Shown in pieces: positions 12,677-26,752 of a DNA stretch of 64,000 bases (positions are counted from its first letter, which is position 1; each line of letters starts with the position of its first letter). The notes under the pieces were generated by a model. It had not been told where the DNA came from, made no database searches, and saw only the letters and a list, made by a program, of their open reading frames with translations. Source of the stretch: Octopus bimaculoides (taxonomy: Eukaryota); contig NC_068982.1 of assembly GCF_001194135.2 (NCBI RefSeq), positions 14,716,575 through 14,780,574 on the forward strand, written 5' to 3'. The position numbers and the translations under genes are program-made.

Positions 12677-14123
12677 ATATGAAAAAGCTAGTCTGGTGCT
12701 CTGCCCTTTTCTATTAATATGTCATCCTATGAACATAAATAATAACAACCAATTAGCAATTAATTAATCCAATAAAATAAGCCATCATAAGGCAAGAATA
12801 TATCTTTTATCCTATATCTTTTACTTGTTTTAAGTCTTTAGACTGCTGCGGCCATGCTGGAGCCTTGAAGAATTTTGGTCAAATGAATCAATCCCAGTGC
12901 TTATTTTTTTAAGCCTAGTATTCATTGTATCAACCTCTTTTGCCAAATCGCTAAGTTACCAGGACATAAATACACCAACAGTGATTATCAAGTGGTAGTG
13001 GGGAGGGGACAAACACAAACACCTACACACTCACACATATATATATATTAGTAGAAGACATTTGCACAAGGTGCCACGCTGTGGGACTGAACCTGGAACC
13101 ATGTGATTGGGAAGCAAGCTTTTTTACCACTCAATCACACCTGCACCTACAGAATATATCTATTTCTGTCATGTAAGTTGTAACTTAATCCCTAAATTAT
13201 GTCCATTTCTAGATAAAGATTACTATGAATGAACATATCTATGAAATTTTTATTTTTAGTACACGTGTGTACTTTCTGTAAACCAGTGTACTAAAAGTAA
13301 TTTCTTCTAAGCAGGTATGAAGACTTAAAATCCATTAAGGGAAGGTGAAATGTAAGATATTACAGTAACATTCTTCCTTTTTCTTTTCTTTTTTTATCAT
13401 CAAAGACAAGTACAGGGATTAAAAAATAGTTCCAACAGGAAACTGGAGCCAAAGTTAGAAACAAAATTTCCTGGAAGTTTATCATCTGTGAGAAACTTAA
13501 AATATTTATGCATGAGCAAACACCAGAGCCTCTATGCAGTAACCTAATTTGCAAGAAACAGCTGTCAAATTCACTCAATTCATATACTTCTGTCTTTAAA
13601 AAGATGGGATATTCATGGCATGAATGCTTCTAATCAAAGTTTTCCTTAATTAGGGCTGGCCTGGAGTTAAATGACAATAATTATAATAAATATTTACAGA
13701 AGCTAACATTATTATTACACATATACTGTATTTTAACATGTATAAGAAACCCTCTAATTTTGAGGGCTTAAAATTTGTAAAAAAGGTTTTGTAAGGGATT
13801 ATTATACTATCCACGTATAAGAAACTCCCATATTTTTTTTATCTAATTTTTGACAAAAAAGGGTTCCTCATACACGCTAAAATACAGTATATCTTCATCA
13901 TCATTTAACATCTGCTTTCCACGTTGGCAAGGTTTCGATGGTTTGACAGGAGAAGCTGGCTCAGCAGAAGACTGCACCATGCTTTGCCATCTGTTTGCGC
14001 TGTCTGCGTTTCACATGGTCAGCTGTATGTTGGATGTTCTAGAGTTGGAGATGAACAGAACCTCTACATTCTCAGTGATAAACATGGCAAGACAGAAAAC
14101 ACAGTATATGAAGAAGCACTTAC

Positions 14124-14243
14124 ATGAATAGTATGTCCATGTCATATATAGAAGTGGAAAACCATTGAGTGTTAAAGTAAGTATTACTATTACACTTTCA
14201 CTTTTCGACTGACGTGCGTGAATGTATATCTGTGTGTATAAAA
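14124..14243 (-). CDS. Candidate internal exon LYTQIYIHARQSKSESVIVILTLTLNGFPLLYMTWTYYS
   Basis: Acceptor ttattgtttcag, donor CAT|gtaagt, 120 nt, only one open frame; hydrophobic. Confidence 0.4.
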
Positions 14244-14491
14244 CTGAAACAATAACATGGTATATTCGCTGTCTGTTTGTGTGTGTATTCTACGCATGGC
14301 CTTTCATTGTTTATAATCTATACCTGTTTTTTCATTACGAAATAAGTCAGACAAAACATGATTTTGAATTACATGTATTTACTTTATAGATATATATGAG
14401 TTGAAAACTTTCTTTTCACATTTCACTTAACGTCTATGTTCCTTGCTGGCATGGGTTGGAGAGTTATTAGTGTAGAAAGTTGGTATCTCAG

Positions 14492-14582
14492 CTACTAGCA
14501 GTTGAGACCTGTGTAATCTAGACAGCGTTTATAAATTTCATTAGTTTCTTTAACCCAGGCAACGCTGGGTATTTCTGCTAGT
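14492..14582 (+). mobile_element. Helitron/Helentron-like short element terminus
   Basis: GC hairpin cccaggcaacgctggg followed by atttctgCTAG|t; subterminal inverted match actagcag...ctgctagt. Confidence 0.55.
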
Positions 14583-15329
14583 CTAATATATAAAGAAGAG
14601 ATGAGTTTGTGTATTCGCTTTTATGAACCAAAGGACATAGTGGAAGGTGGAAATGAATCCTAAACCATAGGGTTACAAAGCTAACTTCGTAAACCACACA
14701 TTCACACCTACCTTTATTTATGGCTGCTCTTAAACAATCAATGAATACGAAGGATTAAAACTGCGAGGTTTGAACTAAGAAATCTATAGCTGCTTATTGA
14801 TTGTAAAAGTTTATAATTATCGGATAACTTGCAAGCCTTATTCTTGCATGGAAGAAAAGATTAAAATAATATCAAAGAACCTGAAACTTAGGGGTAATCA
14901 TTTGAAACGATACTGTTTTAAGAGTTTAATATCAATAATGCTTTTCAAACAGACAATACTAGCAGTCAAACATCTGTTGAAATGTAACTTAGTTTCTTCA
15001 TTTGCAAATTTGATATTAATACATGAACATCTAGAGGTTGTTGTTGTTGAAGCTGTCGTTTAGTGCTAATCAATGTCTGTTATGAAAAAGAGCATTCCGA
15101 CCATGACCTTCTTGTCTTTTTAAGTCTATGAGTGATTACATTATCTAATATGTTCTTTTTCTACTATGACAGAGTGTGATTTTAAAAGAGATTTGTCTGA
15201 CGTTTCTCATAGATTGGGCGATCAAGTTGAGGTTTACTCATTGGTGTATAGAAATAATAGTCAAAGTCTTCCTCTTCTGACACTGCATTTCACAAGATCT
15301 ACATATATGATATGTCTAATTGTTCAATT

Positions 15330-15950
15330 TTAACAAGGTAGCCTCTACAGGGTCATTCAGCTTGCTAAAAACAGCAGCCAATTCTCATTCAAATAACACA
15401 CTAGCCTCTTCCATAAAGAAAGATATGCTAGACTATGTAGCCCCTAATAGGCTAAAAGACTGGATGGTCACAGCTGGAATTCCTTTAATCCTACATCTAC
15501 TAAGCCAGAACTTACCCACAACTAAACAATAACTTACTACATGTAAAATTAAGCATTAATTTAATTAACCTCATTCAATCAGCCCTCAGTCTAAGAGCGA
15601 TTAAAAAGACTGTTCACTACCTTCGTCCATTGATTACTAATGAAAAGAATTAAATAGAAGGATGTTAACACAATATTCCCATTTCTACCTCAACGGCCAT
15701 CTCTACTCCTTAGAGTTGGCTAGTTTTGTAACACCTCCAATTAGGTACCCTGACTCACTCATCTTCTTACTCATCTCTAATCCTCTTGCTATCTATATTG
15801 TGTCAATCACTCGAGGTTTTATACTCACCACTTTGACTAACCTTTACTTCTTAAAACATTAACCCTCTAGAATTCCTTCCCTGCATATTTTTCCTGCAGC
15901 TGTCAGCTTACAACTGTCTAAGAACAACATTAATTGTATTGATCTCACCA
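15330..15950 (+). mobile_element. Degraded LINE 3' end (post-RT region)
   Basis: Remnants YLNGHLYSLELASFVTPP and tagaattccttccctgcatattttcctgcagctgtcagcttacaactg (W/NSLP..IFP...LQ.FK) are typical of LINE ORF2 C-termini. Confidence 0.65.
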
Positions 15951-18900
15951 AACCAAACTAATAAAAACAAAATATATAACAAATACCATAGAAACAGCTT
16001 CTGCTCCTTTCATTAACTTGTAAAAAAAATATTATTAACAATTAAATCGTTAACTTATCATTCGTCTTTTTTGCTTCACTCACCCACTCTCTTCATTTTA
16101 TTTTTTGAACGGACATATAACAAGCTTTTTGTTAATAATGTCACACAATATTACTTGCTTTTTTCTTTTAATTTTTGTTTCTATTTTACATATACATCTT
16201 TCTCATATTTTCTGAATATGTCTGATAGTTATGAAAAGCAAAACTATTTTTGTTAAGCATAACTAAAAGCGGCGTCCACAAAAGATCGACTCCAATATCA
16301 CATAATCAATGTTATATGGAAATATATAAAAGGAAATTGTAAGATAATGGTTGTAATAGAGCAAATTATATTCAGAAAAAAGAGATAAACTATGTAAAAA
16401 TGGTTCAAAACATATTGTATGCCATAAGAACGAAGTGAAGTCTAACATTTCTGACAGAATACTTGATCAGAAAGAGAATGGGTCTACTTGAAACATTAAA
16501 CTTCTTTTCTTCCTCATCACATAAACTATATTGCATTGTTTGAACTATTTGTATTGCCATTTGTTGATGTAAAACACTATGAGTTTCCTCAAATTTTACT
16601 GCAACACAACATGAAGATGCATTGTCAGTTGAGAATAAGTAAGTGCAAAAATATTCTGATAAAAGCTGTGGAAAATAAAATGAACAAGAAATATCAAGAA
16701 TAAAAATATTGTATGATTTACAACATAATTATTATGAAAATAGTCATCATAGTTTTAGAGGAGAGAACTGAGCATTTGAAGTCAAAAAGATCAATTCAGT
16801 TGCAAATTTTTTATCAGATTATAACAGATTTTTCATACAGTAATTCACATAATTCTTTAGAAAATATATTATATTGATAGTAACTGCTTGGAATATTCCC
16901 GTAAAGAAGGAAATTCAGAAATTAGAATAGATTTACAAGATCTACAAAATATACTTCCAACATGAGTTTATCTTATAGTACATGACATTTTTTTCTCAGT
17001 GCATGTATTGACAGCTGTAATAGACAAAAAAATTTCTTTGCTGTTTACTAACCAAAACTATTTTTGTATTTCAAGAAAATTCAATGACAACATGAAAGAA
17101 AATACAAATTCATTTTTATTCTCATGTAATTTCTGGATATAATTCTCTCCTATAATGCATTGGGATATCTCATGCAACAGTGTGTAATATATATAAATGG
17201 GTAGGTGTAGTTGAACAGATAGAATAATCGCAATTCTAGCTTTATTGCAATGGAAAGAAATTTTTCTATTTTATTATGTGCTTAGCAATTGTGCACTTAC
17301 TAAATGAAACAGCAATTTTTAGAGTTTATCTCTTCAGATTCTTATAAACACTAGAAACATCAACAAATAAACATGAGGTATGCACCTAACTTGTGCTTAC
17401 CTGTTCATATTATAAAATACACAAACTAGCACTCTGTCAGTTATGCTGATAAGGGCTCCACTTGGTCTGATCAATGGAACAGCCTGCTCATGAAATTAAC
17501 ACGAAAGTGGCTGAGTACTCCACAGACTTAATGTAGTTCTCTGGGAAATTCAGTGGGTTACAGAATGTGACAAGGATGGCTCTTTGAATTTACAGGTACA
17601 ACTCGTTTTTGCCAGCAGAGCAAACTAGAGCAATTTGAAATAAAGTGTCTTGCTCAAGGACATAACGTATCTCCAGGAATTGAACTCATGACCTTATGAT
17701 CATGAGCCAAATACCCCTAACCACTAAGCCACATGCTTTCACTCTAAAATATAGTTCAGGCTCAGTTTATGGTACCCTAATATCCTAAAGTCAACAAGAT
17801 TTGAATATCTTTTAAAAAAAATGTATTCAACATTTACCCAGTATTTCTTTTTTTTTTTTTTATTGTTTCATTGTTTGGACTGTGGACATCCAGGGGTACC
17901 ACATTCAAGAGTTTTAGTCAATTATATCAAGCAAAGTACTTATTTTATTAATATTATAAGTGATGAATTGCTAAGCCCTCATTTATGTACAGGAACATAC
18001 CATAAAGATTTTTTCTTTTTACACATTTTTTGGCTTTTGCCATTTCAGTTATGTGATGGACTTCTGCATACAATTTAGCAACCAAATTTCATAGACAATA
18101 CCTTAGTCAGCCTTGTGAATGAAGATAGAAGTATAGAGGATATAAGCCAAACCTGTGTGGTTACAGAACAAACTTTTTAAGCAAATAATCATATCTGGGA
18201 AAAGATATGCTCCGTGATGACTTGTTTTAATCTTCAGTACTTTTATAAGTCTGTGGTTGTTAGATCAAAGTATAGTAAAAAATGTACACTGTATCAAGAA
18301 AACACAGAACACCTTTGTGTGGCAGGACTCTTTACTGTTATTTCTACTACTGCTTTTCTACTCTCCTTCAGTGAACAGTGTGTTAAACTGTTCCATGGGG
18401 AGTAATAGAAACTGCTCTTATGTGTACTTTTTTCTTGTTTTTATTGCCATATAGACAGCGTATCACTCCTCTATACAACATTATTACTAACTCATTAAAA
18501 CTTGAATAAACTAGTCAACCTTAGTGTTCATCAAATCATTTGAACAGAAGATTTCCACAAATGAGAATAGAATAGCAATTAACTATCAATAAAAGAATTT
18601 CTTTCCCTTGCAAAATTAAAAGCTAGTGTAGAGAATTTAATAATGCTTTAATGCTATTTTTCAACAAGATACTAAGTTAAAACATTTTCAAATTTCCATA
18701 TAATGCTTATGATTTTAACCTATTAGAATAAATTAGGATAGGATACACATCTTCAAACAAATTATTCATTCATAAGAGAAAAGATAGACTGCAAAAAGCA
18801 AGTCAGGGAAGTGGGGGAAAAATCATTCAATACAAATAAAGGAATCACAATCAATGGAAAACAATTATGAGTTAATATCAAATTGCATTTGAAAAGATTA

Positions 18901-19478
18901 CATAATATATAAACATAAAGCAAAGTGAAGGTGTTTCAAATAACACATCATTCTCAGGGATATAAAAGGATGTATGTCATTCATAATAGCTTTATACCTA
19001 TTTGTTTTATTATATCCATTATTAAAATGACTGGTTAAATTAATTTTCTAAATAAATATTAGAAATTTTGTGAACAAGAAGCATATGGTCTTATAAATTC
19101 TTTATATCACTATTTTAAATGTTTCAATTAGCAATAGAGCTAATGGGGGTAATTTATTAAAAAAAAAAATAACTATACTACATAGATTAAATACTGATGA
19201 GATTCAATTTACACTAAACACCATTAAATGTATGTAATTTAAGATAGCATTTCTTTCAAAGAACATTTCAACATATTACTATCAATGAGTTCCACCGCTT
19301 CTGATTGTAGAGAAAACAGTAACTTATTTTGATTCCATATTAAAATGCTACATTGCTGATGTAACTTATGTTTGAATAGCCTACCTCAAAACTAATAAAG
19401 TAAACTATAATCTAAACTCTAAATACATAAGCAATAATAAATCTCTGAACGAAATATAAACAGTAGCTGCACAACAAC

Positions 19479-19575
19479 GTGAAGTATATTTGCCACTTAA
19501 ATGCGGCTAACCACTAAGCTACAGTAGCATTCACCTTTAGTGGTTAACCGTATTTAAGTGGCAAATATACTTCAC
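19479..19575. repeat. Hairpin with arms of about 39 bp
   Basis: gtgaagtatatttgccacttaaatgcggctaaccactaag / tttagtggttaaccgtatttaagtggcaaatatacttcac. Confidence 0.85.
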
Positions 19576-20273
19576 ATCTAAATACATAATTATTCTCAAA
19601 AATATTTACAACGTCTTGAGTTTTTTAAAATTCTGATCACTGTGTAAAATTACTGTTACATAGCAATTTAAGATCAAAAATGATTAGAAGCAAACTTTTG
19701 CTCAAAGATTCTTTGGAACATAAGCAAATTAATTTACTCTTTTTTTTTTTACTTAGTTCTTGCAGGTAATATGATTCCAAAATTTGAAATATTCCAGCTA
19801 CTATAGAAACGTCCATGAAATATCCTTGGCTAAAATTGAAGGGAAAATATATTGCAATAGTTATTTTATTTTTGCATCTATGTTTTCAGACTAAAATATT
19901 TCAAGATTCAGAACTAGATGGTACCATGAATACCTGCAACCATTAGTGGGACAGCCTTATAGAAAAAGGCATGTATTCTGATGTACATGTTCTATTTTAA
20001 CATCAGATATTATTATTATTATTATTATTATTATTTTAATCAGCATGGTTAGTTTATGTATTTTACTAACAAGATAATTTATATTATAATATACATTTGA
20101 ATTGTACATAATTAGAGGATTTGAAAATAATTGATTAAGTTTAAAAGAAATTTCATTTAATTTGTCCAATTTAAAATTTCTTTGAGAAAACAAATAGTTC
20201 AGCAGAAATCATTCATTTCATACATCAAGGAGCAAACAATATAAAAGAAAAAAAAAAAAGAGAAGTGCACTTG

Positions 20274-20316
<43 letters not shown>

Positions 20317-21254
20317 GATTAATATTGTATTAATATTTTTCAAAAGTAGAAAGGGGAAACAGATGATTATCTGTGACGCAAATTTCAAAAAAAATAAATA
20401 AATAAAGGAAATATATATTGTAACAAGGAGCAATTAAGTAACTAATCAATATAAAGGCAATATATATTTTATATATTACATATATTTTTTCTACATGTAA
20501 ACTTACCCAATTCTTCATATTGAGTGTAAGATATTAAACAAGTTATTTAATATTTATAGTCATAAAAAAAAAAAATTACAATTTCATTTGCTATAAAATC
20601 AATAACCGAAACTTTCTAATCAGCAATACAAACATGTATTGAGCAAAATTTTTACAAAAACTAGTTTTTGAAATTTGCTGAAAATTTAGTAAATTAAGTA
20701 TAAGAATGTTCAAATGCATGCCATATTAAAATTAAAAGTAATAACGAGTGTTCATCTACATGCCAAGAAAATGTTATTCAACCAAATTGAAAATTTTTAG
20801 ATGTTTTGTATCATTAAATAAAAAGTTGTTTCAGAGAAAAATCGGATCAACGCACTTGAGATAGTTCATACTTATTTACTCATTCTGGTTCCATTCACAT
20901 ATGAATCTGTTTTCTTACAGATTGAAGATAATTGATAGCGACAGAAACAGTATTAATACCATTAGGTAACATTTATCTTCCACTGAACATGTGTGTGTGT
21001 GTGTCCTCTCATGGTAAATAACAGAGGATTCTGTGTTCTAACGCAACATTGACATCCAGTGAGAGAGAAATATTACCTTTTGGTATACTGCTTCTGTCGC
21101 TATTAATTACTTTTTAATGAGCCCACAGGCTATTTACAACACCTGTGCCTGAATAGGCACTGAAATTCTATATATTGTTAATGGAGGAACTGGCTACTAT
21201 ATCTTTGCAGGATATCTATCATTGACAAGCCTAAGGAAAGGTGAAATCACATTT

Positions 21255-21289
<35 letters not shown>

Positions 21290-21291
<2 letters not shown>

Positions 21292-21458
21292 TCATCATCA
21301 TCATCATTTAACGTCCGCTTTCCATGCTAGCATGGAAAGCAGATGTTAAATGATNNNNNNNNNNTATATATATATATATATATATCATCATCATCATCAT
21401 CATTTAACGTCCGCTTTCCATGCTAGCATGGAAAGCAGATGTTAAATGATGATGATGA
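21290..21458. repeat. Palindromic SINE-B tail dimer, repeated on both sides of a 10-N gap
   Basis: atcatttaacgtccgctttccatg-ctag-catggaaagcagatgttaaatgat appears twice, separated by N. Confidence 0.8.
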
Positions 21459-22882
21459 TATATATATATATACACACATGTGTGTGTGTATGTATAATTC
21501 TCAAGAAAAATAAAAGAATAAAATTAATGTTTCTGACCATCATTTCTATATATTTAAACTTTTTGTCTTAATCAAAGAAAGGGAGCTCCTTAAATTTTTA
21601 TTATTAATTTGTTTATTTTACAAAGCCTCTGAATCTTGTGTGTAAAAATAAATAAGCTGTCCTAAAACTGGAGGCCTGGTTCATCAAATGCTGCCAACAC
21701 AGTGGACCATGCTAAGACACACCCACCTGTCAGGTGATTCTGTTCAACTAAATGACCAATTAAGTAGTCCATCTAAAATTTGAATTAATCTGTCCTACAT
21801 GCATCAATACAGCTTTGTCTTATTCAGTTTCAGTCACAAAGATTTGTTAAATCTAATGTTGTGGTGGCCAACACAAGTCCAAGAAGCTGTGCAGTGGGAT
21901 CGAACATGACACCACATGATTTGAAGCAAGCTTCTTAACCAAGTGGCTATATCTACACCCACGTTTGTTTCAATCTAATTACTAATACTAGAAAACAGAT
22001 ATCAGTGCAATTTCAGATAAAATTATTAGAAGTAGATTTACTTTAATAATACATATAGCTTTAAATTTGTTCACCAATCAAACATGTTCAAACGTAGATT
22101 AACATATAACCGAGAAATAATTAAGTAGTAGAACATAAAAGCTAATTAGATATTTCATTTAATTAGCTTTTAGACTCTATTTGCCATTAATATTCATCCG
22201 TGGCAAGTAAGTTATCAGTTAGCACTTTTGTGACAAGATTTCAAATGTAGACTACTAATGTGTTTAAATTAAGTTTTTTTTTAAGTAATCAAAAATTTTA
22301 TAGGATTTCATAAAATAGTTATTTTTATTTACTCAAACCAGTGTTTGAGATACAACTTGGCTGAAGATAAATATTTGCACTATCATTCATGTAAATATTC
22401 AATTTTGGTTGATATTTTAACTTAATTATATATGTAACAATTTAATATGAGCAGTTTTGAATTGGCAATTCTCATGGAACCAAGAATTTGGACTCAGGAT
22501 TATGTGGCTCGTAGTTAACAACTTAAACTCAGTCACTACACTTTGTTCATTTTATATTTGTTTTCCATGCCAGCATAGGTTAGAATATATTATATGTATG
22601 TGTATGTGTGTGTGTATGTGTTTCTTTCTATGTTCAGTTACAATAAAAACAATTTTACATTAATCTGATTGGAGTACTCTATATTTTTGTAGAGTAAAAG
22701 TTTATTACTCTTAAACAAGAATGTTGTTGACAATGACTTCAAAGTTTTAGCCATTGTCGGATTGTACATGTGTACATCTGGCTAACATATCTATATATTT
22801 ATATATATGTGTAACATATGGTATAATTATAGATAGGGCAAATTTTAGCCATTTCTCTGCAGACTGAAAAAAATTATGAACA

Positions 22883-22927
22883 ACCTTAATCAATTTTCGA
22901 ACCTTATTGGGTTCTCATCAGCAGTGT
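22883..22927 (-). ncRNA. Type I hammerhead ribozyme motif, intact core with decayed stem I
   Basis: Minus strand CUGAUGA-GAACC(CAAUAA)GGUUC-GAAA-AUUGAU-UA; enclosed by a 15-bp inverted repeat (22852-22866 / 22942-22956). Confidence 0.55.
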
Positions 22928-25027
22928 CCACATCATTCTGACAGTCTCCAGAGAAACAAGGAGCCAAACTGTTTATATACTCAACAAATGCAGCAGTTAC
23001 TCTATGAAAGAGTCTCTAATTTGCATACTGAAAGTGTTTAACACTCTAAATATATTAGTTCACTTCTACAACCTACAAAAATGCCAATAATAATCTCAAG
23101 TTTTTTAATGTGAGTCTAAACCTATGAACTTGGATTTTCATATTAGGAAACTGAACATTAAATCAATTAAAGTAAAACTTAAGGCCTACTACTAAGCTAA
23201 TAAATAAAATTATCAGTAGATGCCTTGACTTTTATTAGCTCTAATTCGGTAAGAAAAATGCAATTTAGTCCCTTTATCCCTGTGAATTACAAAATTATAT
23301 TTATTGATGGAAAAAAATTCTAACAGGACACAAGGAGTACCTTGATCCAATGGAAATTTTTTTTTCTTTTTCATATTTTTTTTTTTTCATCAAAATACAA
23401 AACATCTTTAATGAACTTAGTTGAATAACTTGTGCTTATAAGATTTTCCATTTACAAAACCAAAGAGTGCATTTTGCCAAAACATGCATGCAATAGTGAT
23501 TCTAAGAACACCAGTAGAAATCTAGAAATAAAGCAGAAAATCCTGCCGAAAGTAATAAGTAAGATAATGGCATTGATATTAATTAATATCAACTATTCAT
23601 TCATTAGCAACTACATGTGTACGTGTTGATCAATACATTGTTTAATATACTTTTAAAAATCTACATATACTCTCATTTATTCTGATATTAAGCATGTGAA
23701 TTATTTGTGTTTGATGTCAAACATGTGAATTAAAGATATTGTTTCAGGTGAAATAAAGTGTTTACTTTTGAAACACAGTTATTTGAAACTAGTAGATTAT
23801 TAGCACAGCTTTAGATACCAATCATATCTTTTCTATGAGTCTCTACTCAATAAACTTACAGGCAGGTTCCCATTCTGAAGATACGAAAAAAAAAATAAGA
23901 AAATAAAAGATTGTACAATATATAAAAGGATAATAAAGACTAAAAGAAATAATATTAAAAATCATTTGAAAAAATGAATAATAGTGACAGAATTGAGGGG
24001 AAAAAAACAGTAGAAAATGGCAATAAAATAGACTTTTCAACCTATGCAGCAAAACCACAAAATGCAAGAAAATTATTTCAGATATATATATATATANNNN
24101 NNNNNNNNNNNNNNNNNNNNNNNNNNNNNNNTATATATAAGTATAAATATGTGTATGAATGTGTGTGTATATATATATATATATATTTGATTTTATATAA
24201 TCTGAATAAGATTATTCAATTCATATCCAAGTATGGAATTCTCAATAGCTCAGTAGTGAATGCAGCTTAATAGTTTAGTATGCCAAATTGTGTTGTTGCT
24301 ATAGTAGAATACAATTTGAGGGATATTTGGCTGCTGATTCTAGCAATGGCCGCAGATATGTCTGTGTGACTTAAGAAGCTTGTTTTGCAACCACATCGTT
24401 TTGGTTTTACTTCCACAGAGCAATATCTTGGACAGATATCTTCATTTGTAGCCTCAATTTGCCCAAGTCTTTATCAGTGGAATTTGAGAGATGGAAACCA
24501 TGTAGAACCACTGACCAAGATTAAGCAAACCTTTAGTGGAACCCACCCTGCCAGAAGCATTCAAGCCAGGGCATTATCTAAGGCTAACTTCCTCTCTACC
24601 TTCCACCAGTCACAGCTGCCCTGAATAAGATCAGAGGCACTGCACAATACTTTCTCCTCTGATTAAGCCATTAAAAATGAAATTTAGGCAACCAAACACA
24701 AAGAGACTGTCTTGTTGTCTTGAAGGTGCTAGGTTTTAAATCAGATGTGGATAATACAGCAGCAACAAAGATTAAGCCATGATGTTCCAATCAGATTATT
24801 GTTTCTGTCAAAAACTCAGTAGCTAAAGTGGCTGGGTTTCAGTCTCATTGTATTAAATGATCTTTATGCCAAGACATCGACTTAAAAGCAGTAATAATAC
24901 TTTGCCTACCCAAACCATGCTCACTGCACATATAAAACCTCTTAACTGCTTAAACAGGAAGTTAATTTGTGGTCTCTGCAATATAAGCCGTAAGAAAGTT
25001 AAAGTACTAACAAAGCATGTGTTTTTT

Positions 25028-25066
<39 letters not shown>

Positions 25067-25820
25067 CTTCTTCTTCTTCTTCTTCTCTTTTTGTGTCTTT
25101 CTTATGAATGCAGCCAAACTGAATACTATCAATGTAAATCAATAACTTACTGAAAATTTAGTGTTTTTTTGTGTTTTGCTCAACAGATTGAATAAGTGGA
25201 ACTATCAAAATATATATTGCTGCTTAAAAAGAAGAAAACAACTGAAGTATTTTTCCAAAACTGCAGCGTGTTTTTTTTTTTTGAGATTTTTTTTTTATAG
25301 AGTATTCGCTGCTTTGAAAACTGAAAGTAGCATAACAATCTAAATAGCAATACTATTTGGTCACTAGTGTAACAAAATAGTAACAATAGTATTAGAGAAT
25401 TCTTACAAATTCAAGATTGATGTTGGATGCCAGGGGAGATGTACATCCCTGAAAATATTCCAAATTGCAATATGAATTAATGTTTAAGTTATACAAATTC
25501 TTACATATGTGTGACCACTTACGATATCAACTGAAATAAGGTAGTAGTTAGTATAAACTAAAAATGACTTTTCTGCACACACACATACTCATATATATAT
25601 ATATATATACACACATACACACATTGCAAACCTATGAGTGCATGTGTATTTATGTGCAAAATATATGCATGTGTCATAACACAAACACACACACACATAT
25701 ACATACCTACATGCACACACTGAAACATATCATATACATACACATGTTCATATATGCATATGTATGCATATACAAATACCAGATGAAAGGAGGAATAAAT
25801 TCATTATAATTATAGAAATT

Positions 25821-25876
<56 letters not shown>

Positions 25877-26590
25877 ACACACACAACTCAAACACAAAAT
25901 CAAACGATTTCTTGTTGAATAATAAACTTAATAAATATAAATATGCAAATTGTATAATTCAAATTATGTAAATATTCTTATAATATAAAACCATACTTTT
26001 TTTCTAATACTTGAGTGAGATGATCAACATCCTTCACTTGCAATGTCTTAGATTTGTAACAAAAAACATAATACCACATTCCCTACTAATGAAGCCTAAC
26101 AGCAATTAATGGTAAGTCAGGGGAAATTAAAAGATTTTATTCCCAAAACACAAGACCAGAAAATCCATTCAATAATAGTGAGACAGCCTGCACAGTAATA
26201 CATAATATTTTGATAATACATAAGTAATTCTGATTCTATGTAAGTAATATTTAACTATGAATTGAAATTAAATACATTATTTGTTATAAATACATTTATT
26301 AATGAGCCAGTTGACGAAAACACTATGAAATATAAATAAAAAGCATTATCTATTATAGACAATTATAATTGCAACATTTATATTATTTGTGAGTCTTGGG
26401 AATAAATGTATGGTATATTTGTTTAGGATCCAAAACTCAGTGGGACAAATAGGGTACTTCATTCACATGAACACTTACTACTGGATTCAAGTCCTGCTCT
26501 TTGCACTTTTTTTTTAAATATGAAAATTATATGTAATGTAATTAAAGTGTTACCAATGCAATTGAAAGACAGGAGAATAATATTATAGAT

Positions 26591-26752
26591 TAGTGGTTCT
26601 CAACCATTTTTTGTTCATGAGCCCCTTTGGTTCCTATTTTACTCTAATGGACCCCATGTTAAAAACAAAATCCTAATATATTTTTATAATTAGATGTTAT
26701 TTGGGACTGTATAAATAACAAACTCTTATATGGACCCCAGTTGAAGTTTACT
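26591..26752. mobile_element. Short or degraded hAT MITE
   Basis: Starts tagtggttctcaaccatttt; decayed ggaccccagttga end. Confidence 0.5.

Noticed and set aside
24370-24720. GC-elevated segment with a 79-aa ORF
   Set aside because: Probably an old retroelement remnant; no motif I can identify with confidence.
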